From Planctomyces sp. SH-PL62 (lineage in GTDB: Bacteria; Planctomycetota; Planctomycetia; Planctomycetales; Planctomycetaceae): DNA of 64,000 nucleotides. The notes under the pieces were generated by a model, which saw only the letters and a program-made list of their open reading frames with translations, ran no database searches and had not been told where the DNA came from. Positions 29,623 to 38,900 of this stretch are shown here, piece by piece (position 1 is the stretch's first letter; every line of letters begins with the position of its first letter). Position numbers and translations under genes: made by a program. The stretch spans positions 22-64,021 of the forward strand of contig CAMDPX010000006.1 in assembly GCA_945905295.1 (NCBI GenBank), in the 5' to 3' direction.

Positions 29623-31113
29623 ATGACAGTTTCCGCACCGCTCTTGAACATGCGCGGCATCGTGAAGTCGTTTCCTGGAGTGCAGGCGCTGCGCGGCGTG
29701 AACTTCTCGCTGAAAGCCGGTGAAGTCCTAGCTTTGTTGGGCGAGAACGGAGCCGGCAAGAGCACGCTGATGAAAGTTCTCGGAGGTGCGTTCCGAGCTG
29801 ACGCGGGTGCGATCGAGATCGACGGAGTCCCCCAACATTTCAACTCGCCGCAGGACTCTCGACGGGCCGGAGTGGCCGTCATCTATCAAGAGTTCAATCT
29901 CGTCCCCGGCCTGACCGCTTGCGAAAACATTTTTCTCGGCCAAGAGCCGACTCACGCGGGTTTCGTCGCACAGACACAGGAACGGCGGCAAGCGGCCGAG
30001 CTGTTTCAGCGGCTCGGAGTCGAAGTCGATCTCGACGCCCCGTGCCGGCGGCTGACGACGGCGCAGCAGCAGCTTGTTGAGATTGCGAAGGCACTCGCGT
30101 TTCAAGTGCGGATCATCGTCATGGACGAACCGAGCGCTGCGCTCACGTCTCACGAGGTCAGCCGGCTGTTCGCGATCATTGAGGAGTTGAAGCGGCAAGG
30201 GATCGGCGTCGTCTACATCAGTCATCGGCTGGATGAAATCTTCACCGTGGCCGACCGAGTCACCGTGCTGCGCGACGGCCTGAACGTCGGCGAGCGGCCG
30301 ATTGCACAAGTCACCCGGCAAGAGCTGATCGAACTGATGGTCGGCCGCGAATTGAGCGATGAGTTTCCGAAACGCTCGACCACGATCGGCCCGCCACGAT
30401 TGGAAGTCACCGGCCTGCGGCGCGGACGTGCCGTGTGCGATGTGTCACTCTCGGTACGGCGCGGTGAGATCTTGGCTCTGACCGGATTGGTCGGAGCCGG
30501 TCGCACGGAAACTGTGCGGCTGATCTTCGGAGCCGATCCGCGCGAAGCGGGCGAGATCCGGCTCGACGGTCGCTTGCTGGCGATTCGGTCGCCGCGCGAT
30601 GCGATTGCCGCCGGAATCGGATTGCTCACCGAGGATCGCAAGTTGCAAGGACTCGTGCTCGGTCATTCGGTGCGAGAGAACTTTGGGCTGCCGAACTTGA
30701 ATTGGCTGACTCGCGGAGGGTTTGTCATGCTTCGCCGCGAGCGAGACGAATTCGCTCGGTATGTCGCGACGCTGCGGATCAAAACCTCCAGTGGCGAGCA
30801 GCGAGCCGGCACTCTGTCGGGAGGGAATCAGCAAAAGGTCGTGCTGGCGAAATGGCTGGCTCGCAATTGCGACGTGCTGATCTTCGACGAGCCGACGCGC
30901 GGCATCGACGTGGGAGCGAAGTACGAGATCTATCTGCTGATGAACGAACTGGCCGCGCAGGGGAAGGCGATCCTCATGATCAGTTCCGAATTGCCGGAGG
31001 TGTTGGGAATGGCCGACCGAATTCTGGTTCTGCACGAAGGCCGCGTGACCGGCGAGATCGCGGACGCTCGCGGTGCGACGCAGGAACAGATTATGAAGCT
31101 CGCGATTGCGTAA
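29623..31113 (+). CDS. sugar ABC transporter ATP-binding protein (duplicated ABC domains, RbsA/FrcA-like)
   Basis: Start at the ATG at 29623 (MTVSAPLLNMRGIVKSFPG). Walker A GENGAGKST. Walker B IIVMDEPSA and VLIFDEPTRGIDV. Signature LSGGNQQKV in the second domain. Confidence 0.9.
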   Translation: MTVSAPLLNMRGIVKSFPGVQALRGVNFSLKAGEVLALLGENGAGKSTLMKVLGGAFRADAGAIEIDGVPQHFNSPQDSRRAGVAVIYQEFNLVPGLTACENIFLGQEPTHAGFVAQTQERRQAAELFQRLGVEVDLDAPCRRLTTAQQQLVEIAKALAFQVRIIVMDEPSAALTSHEVSRLFAIIEELKRQGIGVVYISHRLDEIFTVADRVTVLRDGLNVGERPIAQVTRQELIELMVGRELSDEFPKRSTTIGPPRLEVTGLRRGRAVCDVSLSVRRGEILALTGLVGAGRTETVRLIFGADPREAGEIRLDGRLLAIRSPRDAIAAGIGLLTEDRKLQGLVLGHSVRENFGLPNLNWLTRGGFVMLRRERDEFARYVATLRIKTSSGEQRAGTLSGGNQQKVVLAKWLARNCDVLIFDEPTRGIDVGAKYEIYLLMNELAAQGKAILMISSELPEVLGMADRILVLHEGRVTGEIADARGATQEQIMKLAIA

Positions 31114-31136
31114 ACCTCGATTCTCGATTGGATCAT

Positions 31137-31196
31137 TTTGGTCGCTTGGGTCCTTTTCGTCCCTTCCTAGGGACGGAAGGGACGAAAAGGACCAAA
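31137..31196. repeat. palindromic element (GGTCCTTTTCGTCCCTTCC-TA-GGGACGGAAGGGACGAAAAGGACC)
   Basis: Near-perfect hairpin between the ABC ATPase and permease genes. Same family as 27896..28017. Confidence 0.85.
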
Positions 31197-31235
31197 GTGC
31201 CGCCAGGGTTAAAACGACAGAACATCACATCTCAG

Positions 31236-32570
31236 ATGATGCCCATGACTCGCACGTTGTCCCGATTGCTGACTGACTACGGCATGATCTTCGTGCTGGC
31301 GTTGCTGTGCGCGTTCTTCAGCGTGGCGACTTACAGCGAACAATCTCCGACCGGTGAAGCGGCGGCTCGGCAAGTCGCGAAGACGCTCGATTCACAGTTT
31401 GGCAAGACACCGCGCGTGTTGATCGTGGCTCGCGATCAAGCGGACGAAGCGTTGTTTGCGAGCAAGCTCGATGCAGCCCTGTCGAGCAGCGGAGCGAAGG
31501 TGTTGGCTGTCGTGAAAGGGGAGCCGAAGGACGCTCGCGCGGAGCTCCAGAAAATCGTGGCGTCGGGTGAGTCGCTCGACGCGATCGCCGGTACGCGCGC
31601 GACGGCGGCGTGGCTGGTCTTCGCGGATTTGAAGGCCGACTTCCCGAAGCTCGGCGATCCGCAATTGGTGCAGCCCCGGACCGAGAAATGGCCGAACTTT
31701 TTGAAGTCGGAGAACCTCGTCAACATCGCCAATCAGATTGCGGTGATCGCGATCATCGCGATCGGGATGACGATGGTGATCATCACCGGCGGGATTGATC
31801 TTTCGGTCGGCAGCTTGATCGCGCTGTCGGCGGTGCTGGCCTCGCGGTTCATTCGCGACTACGCGGGGGCCGAGCAAGCGACCGCACTCGGCATGACACT
31901 GGCCGGCATCGCAGCGATTCTGGTCTGTGGGATGATCGGAGCATTCTCCGGCGGGATGATCACGGTGTTCGGCATCCCGCCCTTCATCGTCACGCTGGCC
32001 ATGATGCTGGTGGGGAGCGGATTGGCTTACATCCTCGCGGCGGGTCAGTCGATCTATCAGCTTCCCGATTCGTTCGTGTGGCTCGGTCGAGGCGAAGGGT
32101 TGTGGAAGATCCCGAACGCCGTGTTGCTGATGGCGATTCTGTACGGAGCCGCGCACGTGCTGATGTCGCGAATGCGGCTCGGCCGGCATTTGTATGCGGT
32201 CGGCGGCAATCGCGAGGCGGCGCGGCTGTCCGGCGTGCCGGTGTGGCGCGTGTTGATGTTCGCGTACATCGCGAGTGCTCTGCTGGCGGGACTCGGCGGA
32301 GTGATCATGGCGTCGCAGCTCAAAAGCGGCTCGGCGACCTACGGCAATATGTACGAACTGTATGTCATCGCCGCAGTCGTTGTCGGCGGCACCAGTCTCA
32401 GCGGCGGCGAAGGAAAAATGTTCGGCACGTTGATCGGAGCCTTCACGATTGCCGTCATCCAAAACGGAATGAACCTGACGAACGTCGAAAGCTACACGCA
32501 GAAAGTCGTCCTGGGAGGCGTGATTCTCGGAGCGGTGCTGCTCGACAAGATTCGGCATCGTTCTTCGTAG
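31236..32570 (+). CDS. sugar ABC transporter permease (RbsC/FrcC-type) with an extra about 100-aa N-terminal segment
   Basis: ORF 30702..32570 trimmed to the ATG at 31236 (MMPMTRTLSRLL...). GGIDLSVGS motif and multiple TM segments. The TAG stop at 32568..32570 is part of the GTAG head of the next REP. Confidence 0.85.
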   Translation: MMPMTRTLSRLLTDYGMIFVLALLCAFFSVATYSEQSPTGEAAARQVAKTLDSQFGKTPRVLIVARDQADEALFASKLDAALSSSGAKVLAVVKGEPKDARAELQKIVASGESLDAIAGTRATAAWLVFADLKADFPKLGDPQLVQPRTEKWPNFLKSENLVNIANQIAVIAIIAIGMTMVIITGGIDLSVGSLIALSAVLASRFIRDYAGAEQATALGMTLAGIAAILVCGMIGAFSGGMITVFGIPPFIVTLAMMLVGSGLAYILAAGQSIYQLPDSFVWLGRGEGLWKIPNAVLLMAILYGAAHVLMSRMRLGRHLYAVGGNREAARLSGVPVWRVLMFAYIASALLAGLGGVIMASQLKSGSATYGNMYELYVIAAVVVGGTSLSGGEGKMFGTLIGAFTIAVIQNGMNLTNVESYTQKVVLGGVILGAVLLDKIRHRSS

Positions 32571-32632
32571 CCGAAGTCGTGAGACTTCGGAGGTGTGGTG
32601 AGAAACATCCGAATTCTCACGAATTCGGCTAC
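32567..32632. repeat. REP-like element, family F (GTAGCCGAAGTCGTGAGACTTCGG ... GAATTCGGCTAC)
   Basis: Hairpin identical (reverse orientation) to 2090..2109. GTAG/CTAC termini. Confidence 0.8.
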
Positions 32633-32648
32633 AGCAAATGGGCATCTC

Positions 32649-33293
32649 ATGGCACTCACTGATCCGACGATGCTGACTGAACCAGTCGCCGCCGCCACGA
32701 TTCGCGCGGAGGCCATTCTCGAATCGCTGCGGCAACGCCCCGACGCCTATTTGGTCGCGGTTGCCGGCATCCCCGGTTCCGGCAAAACGACGCTGTGCGA
32801 TGTGCTCAAGAGCCGTCGGCCCGACGCCGTGGTGCTGCCGATGGACGGCTACCATCTGCCTCGGTGCCAGCTTGATGCGGAGGGGATGCGACGTCGCGGT
32901 GCTCAATACACGTTTGATGCCGCGAGCTGTCGAGCGGATTTGGAACGACTGAAACAGACACGATCAGGATTGTTCCCTACCTTCGATCATGCGGAGAAAG
33001 ATCCGAAGCCCGACACGATTCGGGTGACGCCGTCCGTGCCGTTGATCATCGTCGAGGGAATTTACGTCCTGATGCGCGATTGGCAGTTGGAGCGTTTGTT
33101 TGATCTGCGAGTCTTCCTCGACTGCGATCTCGACATCGCGACCGAGCGTCTGACGTTGCGACACCTGGCCTGCGGCATCTCGCACTCCGAGGCAGAAGCC
33201 CGCCACCGCGCGCTGACGAACGACCGGATCAACTCACTTGAGATCCTGGCCGATGGCTGTCGCGAACGTGCGGACTTGGTGCTTCCCGGATAG
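32649..33293 (+). CDS. P-loop kinase of the uridine kinase/phosphoribulokinase family (FrcK-like position)
   Basis: Walker A GIPGSGKTT and PMDGYH. Last gene of the sugar ABC operon, as for the fructose-transport kinase FrcK in rhizobia. Start set at the ATG at 32649 because the GTG at 32595 lies inside the REP. Confidence 0.7.
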   Translation: MALTDPTMLTEPVAAATIRAEAILESLRQRPDAYLVAVAGIPGSGKTTLCDVLKSRRPDAVVLPMDGYHLPRCQLDAEGMRRRGAQYTFDAASCRADLERLKQTRSGLFPTFDHAEKDPKPDTIRVTPSVPLIIVEGIYVLMRDWQLERLFDLRVFLDCDLDIATERLTLRHLACGISHSEAEARHRALTNDRINSLEILADGCRERADLVLPG

Positions 33294-33297
33294 TTAC

Positions 33298-33349
33298 GTA
33301 GCCACGTTCGCCAGAACTTGGGAACCCACACTCTGGCGAGTGTGGCTAC
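33298..33349. repeat. REP-like element, family C (diverged copy)
   Basis: GTAGCCACGTTCGCCAGAACTTGGGAACCCACACTCTGGCGAGTGTGGCTAC. Its CTAC tail provides the TAG stop (33346..33348, minus strand) of the convergent gene. Confidence 0.85.
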
Positions 33350-35679
33350 GGGACTTTCGCCGCGCCTGCTTGTTGAAATCGAAACGGTGGCTGGCCGGTC
33401 AGAGTTTCGCTGGTCATGGTGGGGCACCAGTATTTTTCGACATGCGAAACGATCTGGTCCAGACCCTCGAAATGGTGACCGGGATCGCGATGAAATGAGT
33501 CGGTCAGGTCGCGACACAGAACGACGTTCTTCTTCAGAGAGACCATCTGCCGAATCCCAAACGGTCGGCCGAGGACGCAGCGATTGGTGTGGACGCCGAT
33601 GAGGATCACGTTGTCGATGCCTCGCTCTTGAAGCAGGTTGAAGACCTCCTGTCCGTTGGCGGTGATCGCGTCCGAGTCGTGAATCTTGATCGTGTCGATC
33701 TGCCGGTGCCAAACAATCCGCGACGGACCGCAAGGTTCGGGGGTGTCGCAAGAGCAGCCTCCCTTTTCCAGCTTGTCAGCCAACGGACCTTCGCGATCCG
33801 GATTGAAGTAGTTCCACTGAAACTTGACCGACGCCTCGGCCAGCGGCGCGTCGAGTGCTCGGCGACGCTGGGGAGCGTCCTTGTAGAACTCCATGCAATC
33901 GCTGGGAGCGTGAATGATGAGCGCCCCCTTGTCGCGCGCCGCGCTGATCGTGCGATTGGCGTGCGGTGCCATTTCGACAACGCGTTGCGCAGCGCTGCGA
34001 CAACTGTGCGTGTCCCACATGTCGATGATGATGACGGCGGTCTTTGCGAGATTCCAAGACTCCTGTTTCTCAACGACCCGGAACTGATCCGGCTGACCTT
34101 CGACTTTGATTTGTTGCCGAGTCGTGACGTTTAAGCTCGCCGTTGACCGGTCGGCGGCGCGGCCGACGAACTGCATGGCGTAGAGGTCTGCATCGCGAAG
34201 CACGAATCTCAGGCGGACGGTTTTTCCGGCGAGGCGGCTGACATCGCTACCGGTCTTCCAGGTGACGGTGCGGTTGAGCGTGTCACCGAAAAGGGGTGAG
34301 CAGTCTTCGAGCGTGAAGCCGGGATGCGGCGTGCCGGCCGCGTCTTGAAGCTCGACGCGGATGTCGCCGGCGGCGCTCGTCGCGAAGTTCAGCGTCAACT
34401 TGTCGCCGGTGAAGGTCAGCGGTTTGGTGATGACTTCTCCGCCGCTCAGCGGGGCATTGATCGAAACGAAACCGTCCAGACGCAGCGTGTAGCGACGCAG
34501 CGAATTCCCTTTGCCGTGCCACGAGCCTTCGGCCGCATACAGTGACATCTCGCGCGGAGCTCCTGGCAATGAAGACGCTGTTTCCACGCCCTGCGACGCG
34601 ATGAACTGATGCCCGTAAAGCCAAGTCGCCGGTCGCTCCGGACCGGGCCGCAGAAAGGCTTCGTTCCAGCGCTCGAAATGAACTCCGTTGCGACTGGCCA
34701 TGAGCAAGCCTTCGGTCAACGCGGTGCCGTATCTCTGGTTCGCTGTTGCGCGTTGCTCGCGACGTTCCAGCTCCGGCAAGGCTCGCATCGAGTCGGACCA
34801 GCCGCGATCGACATATCGCGTCGGGAAGCCGATCAGCAGGTGCGGAGCTCGGAAGTACGGTGCGACCTGATTCGTGTAGAGGTGCTCGGCAGGCGAGTCT
34901 TTGTAAGTGAGATCGGCTTCGTGCTCCCACTTCAAGAAGTCGCGCGAGGTCGCGGTGCGGATCGCTCGAAAGCCTTCGGGCTTCCAAACCTTTCCGGTCG
35001 TGATACCGCCGGTGAAGGTGCGGAAGTAAGCCCGATAGACACCAGCCGTCGCGTCCCAGAAGGCGAGGTTCTGCGAATCAAACGCTCCCTCGGTGACAAC
35101 CGGCGGCTCGCGCATCAGCGACCAATGAATGCCGTCGGCGGAGTGAAACGCGAACAGCCCGCCTTGATCCGCGGTTCCGCCCAACGCTTTGTAACGCGAC
35201 TCCTTGGGGCAGTCGGCTCGCGAATCGAGGAACGGAGCGAAGTTGTGCGTACCGACTCCGGTCCAGATGACGTTGTTCTGCTTCGAGCCGTCGATGTCAT
35301 GCAGCCCGAGTTCCGGTTTGGTGAAGGTGACGCCGTCGCGACTCTCGGCGTAGCAGTAGACCTCGCGGCCAGTCTTGAGCCGCCCGTTTTCAACTCCCAG
35401 CGCCGAGCCTCGGTAATACAACCGGTAACGATCGCCGTCGTGAATGATCGAGTGATACCCACTTCCGGCCCCTTCCCACGGAGCATCATGGACGATGGCC
35501 ACGTCGCGCGGTGTCGGATGCTGCAACTGCCGCCGCGCGTCCTTGAGCGACTCGATCAAGTGGCCGTCGACGAACAGCTCGCGCCGCGAGCCAATGTCGA
35601 TCGGTCCATCCGCTGTGAGAGGCGACTCGGTCCAAACCATCAACAGGAGCGTCGTGAGACCGATCAATAAGCGTTGCAT
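33346..35679 (-). CDS. secreted fusion protein: glycoside-hydrolase-like beta-propeller N-terminal region + isochorismatase-family (cysteine hydrolase) C-terminal domain
   Basis: Start at the ATG at 35679 (MQRLLIGLTTLLLMVW). N-terminal region has DAPWEGAGSGYHSIIHDGDRYRLYYRG...YCYAESRDGVTF...FHSADGIHW. C-terminal region has AVIIIDMWDTHSC...VILIGVHTNRCVLGRPFGIRQ. Confidence 0.7.
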   Translation of the reverse strand: MQRLLIGLTTLLLMVWTESPLTADGPIDIGSRRELFVDGHLIESLKDARRQLQHPTPRDVAIVHDAPWEGAGSGYHSIIHDGDRYRLYYRGSALGVENGRLKTGREVYCYAESRDGVTFTKPELGLHDIDGSKQNNVIWTGVGTHNFAPFLDSRADCPKESRYKALGGTADQGGLFAFHSADGIHWSLMREPPVVTEGAFDSQNLAFWDATAGVYRAYFRTFTGGITTGKVWKPEGFRAIRTATSRDFLKWEHEADLTYKDSPAEHLYTNQVAPYFRAPHLLIGFPTRYVDRGWSDSMRALPELERREQRATANQRYGTALTEGLLMASRNGVHFERWNEAFLRPGPERPATWLYGHQFIASQGVETASSLPGAPREMSLYAAEGSWHGKGNSLRRYTLRLDGFVSINAPLSGGEVITKPLTFTGDKLTLNFATSAAGDIRVELQDAAGTPHPGFTLEDCSPLFGDTLNRTVTWKTGSDVSRLAGKTVRLRFVLRDADLYAMQFVGRAADRSTASLNVTTRQQIKVEGQPDQFRVVEKQESWNLAKTAVIIIDMWDTHSCRSAAQRVVEMAPHANRTISAARDKGALIIHAPSDCMEFYKDAPQRRRALDAPLAEASVKFQWNYFNPDREGPLADKLEKGGCSCDTPEPCGPSRIVWHRQIDTIKIHDSDAITANGQEVFNLLQERGIDNVILIGVHTNRCVLGRPFGIRQMVSLKKNVVLCRDLTDSFHRDPGHHFEGLDQIVSHVEKYWCPTMTSETLTGQPPFRFQQAGAAKVP

Positions 35680-35999
35680 GGCGTTTCCCTTCCGTCGGAG
35701 TGGAGTAATGACTGGCGTGGCGATTGTTGCCTTTCGTTCTGCGAAAGGACACCGGAGGAGCAAACTGTAACGCCCGACAGCGGTTCTGATTTCGCAGGTC
35801 ATGCAGGTCGTGCGCGATGCGCGGTCCGACCTGGTCCAGGCTACGCATTCCTTCCCATAAACATGCTGCGGCGAAGCGTCTGCGCGGTTAGGTAGAAGAA
35901 CTTCCCTGCGAGCAATACGAACAGTTCGGAGTCACGCGTGACTGCGTTCGAACACCGGATCAAATGCGATGCCGCAGCCGGATATCCAAGAGGCGAAAC

Positions 36000-38900
36000 A
36001 TGGCGAAGAGACGAACTGCGAACAGAAAGCCGAAACCCATTCCAGTGGCCGCGATCGAGCAAGCCGATCCGGCACCACTGAAGGTCAAACCTTGGACCTT
36101 CCTGCTGTATTTCTGCGGAGATACCAGCGCGTTGAGGGAGGAAGTTCGAAAAGATGTCCTGGAAGTGGCGAAGGCGTGCAAAGCGGGTCTCGATCAAGTG
36201 CATGTGGTTTTGCAGCACGATTCACCCGATGGAGGAGCACGGCGCTACATTGGCTCGGACGGTCAATGGGTCAAGATCAACGAAGCTGATCCGGTGCGAG
36301 TCAACACCGGCGACCCCCAGGAAGCGATCGACTTTTTGACGTGGGGCTTGAAACTCGCTCCATCGCGGCACGTGGCCGTAATCTTTTCCGGGCAGGGGAT
36401 TCGCTTGAAATACGCGTTCGAGATACTTCAGCAACGCGACCTCTTTGTGAGAGGCCGATCCGCAACCAGCAAAAATCAAGACAGTCCCTTCGAAATCTCG
36501 GACTCATTCTCAATCTGTCACGATGAAGTGCATCGGGATGCACTCGACGTCACTCAGTTGAAGAGCATCCTGCAAGCCGTCACCACGTTGCTCGACCGTC
36601 CGGTTGATTTGGTCGTGTTCGATGCGGGCTGCACGGCATTCATCGAAATTGCTTATCAGCTCCGAAGCGTCGCGCTAGCTATGGTGGCTCCGCGCGGATT
36701 GATGCCGGATTCCGGTCTGCCCTATCTCGACGTGTTGCGGAGCTGCAACAAGCTCATCCAAAAGATCGAACGGCTCGAACGGACGCGTATCGCGAAGGTC
36801 GGCCAAGAGGCAAAGGTGCCTTCCGAATGGAGTCCGGAGCGTGTCGCCATCATCATTTCACGAGTCATCGGGCGGGTCGCCGCAAAGGCGAAGTATCCCG
36901 CAAAGGAAATCGCTCCGGAGCTCGTCGTCGTCGACTTGCAGCATACAGCCGCAGCGGTGCAACTCGTAGATTACGTCGCGGCGACGCTACTGAATCAACT
37001 CGGTGATTGGCACGTTCTCAATGCCGTGCGCCGCACACAGAGCTTTATTCGGCTAACAGCAGAACTGGGCGTGTGGCATTCATCACCTAACGGCGCTAGC
37101 GGGGATCTTCCCTCAGCGGACTTGTTCCGATGGCTATGCACTCTTGAAGCCCATCTCGAAAGCGAAGAGGCCCAAACTCCAGCAAGATTCGGTCAATTGA
37201 TGCGACTGCGGCATGTGCGACAAGTGGTTCGAAACGCACGCCTAGAATTGGTTCCGCAACGCTACCTGAACCTAGTCAAGCGGCGGTTGACTGATTTCAT
37301 GGGATCCATCAGTCACAAGGTTCTCAAAGAATTCTCGATCGCGATGGATGCTCGTTGGACCGACGCCGAAATCACGCAGGTGCTGAACAAAGTCAAGACC
37401 ATCGAGAGTTGGTTCGGCGGCTGCAAAGGGAATGACAAGGACGTCATTCCGTTGTGGGTCAAAACGTACTCGCTCTTACCCAGCTTTGGTTTATTGATCG
37501 TCCTTCCGCTGTCACAGAATTTAGACGCAGAACGCGAGACGTCTTCCAGCATCATTCGCGGGTCCAACTACAACTCGCTCGACTTCTGCCGCGATGCCGG
37601 TTGGACGAATTTCCTGGGAGCACTGCAACTCATCCTCGAAAAGCCGCATGCGCTGTGGCGGATGATTAACTCGTTCCTCATCAGTCAGAACGAGCAGACT
37701 CGCAGTTCGACGCTGCGACGCTTTCTCGAATCCAGCAATGTTTTGTCGGGCATCTCCGAGCAGTTTCGAGGATTTCGGTCGGAGTTAGCCATTACATTGA
37801 GCTTGGATGCGAGTTCGGTTGAATCAAGCTCGCAATCCGACGCTGACGAAGGCGGTATCTTTCGCGGAACTGCGGACCGCGAAGAGTTCATCGTGCGATT
37901 GCAGAGTTTTGACGGCTCGCCCCGCATTCAGGAGAACCTCTGTCCGATTTATCGCTCAACGACGCAGAGTGCGCTGCGAAGTTTCGAACGACTACTCAAC
38001 AGCGGCGAATCCGTGGATGACGCGATGGCCGTACTCAGACAGCTCGGCCGGTCGTTGGGAGAAGACATCATCCAAGACCTCGGAGAGCCGCTGTCGGAAG
38101 AACGCAGACGGCTGGAGAATGATACCTCGGTCGCACCGCATCTGCGGTTTCAGATTCCGATGCACCTCATGCGCTATCCGTGGGAGCTGATGAGCGACCA
38201 AGAAGGTTTGTTATTCGAGCGGTTTGCCATGGGCCGGCAGTTCTTCACTCGCTCGCGATTGCCCCGTCAGCAGCCTCGATCGGAAACGGCCCTGCGGGTG
38301 TTGATCCTAGGTGATCCGCAGTTCGATTCCGGCTTCTGGAATAAGAATCGTCCCCATCAACTCTCCGGGGCAGTCCGTGAGGCCCATCACATTGTCGATC
38401 TGTTTCGCGAGTTTCGCGATGACCTCGAAGGTGTCGTCGAGGTGTGGATCGAGGCGCATATCGAGTGCGTCATCACCGTCAGTCAAGTACGTGATCTGAT
38501 CAGGAGCGGACAGTACGACATCATTCATTTCGCAGGGCATGCTTGCTTCAACGAAGATGACCCAGAAGGGAGTGCTTGGCTGCTGAGTGATGGACTGCTG
38601 CACGCCCGCGAGATTCGCAACACTTTGCATTGGACCCCGACGCCTCCGTGGCTGGTCTATGCCAATGCCTGCGAGGCTGGCATGGAAGGGGGCGACTCGG
38701 CACGCAGCGACGGATTGCTGCGTTATCAAGGCGATGTCTGCGGGCTCGGCTCGGCTTTCACCAATCACGGAGTTCGCGGTTATCTAGCTCCGCTTTGGCC
38801 GATCAACGATGACGTCGCATTGCAGATTGCCTCGGACTTTTATCGCGGTTTGCTCATTAAGCGATTCAGTCTGGGCGAGGCACTCTTCAAGGCCAAACAA

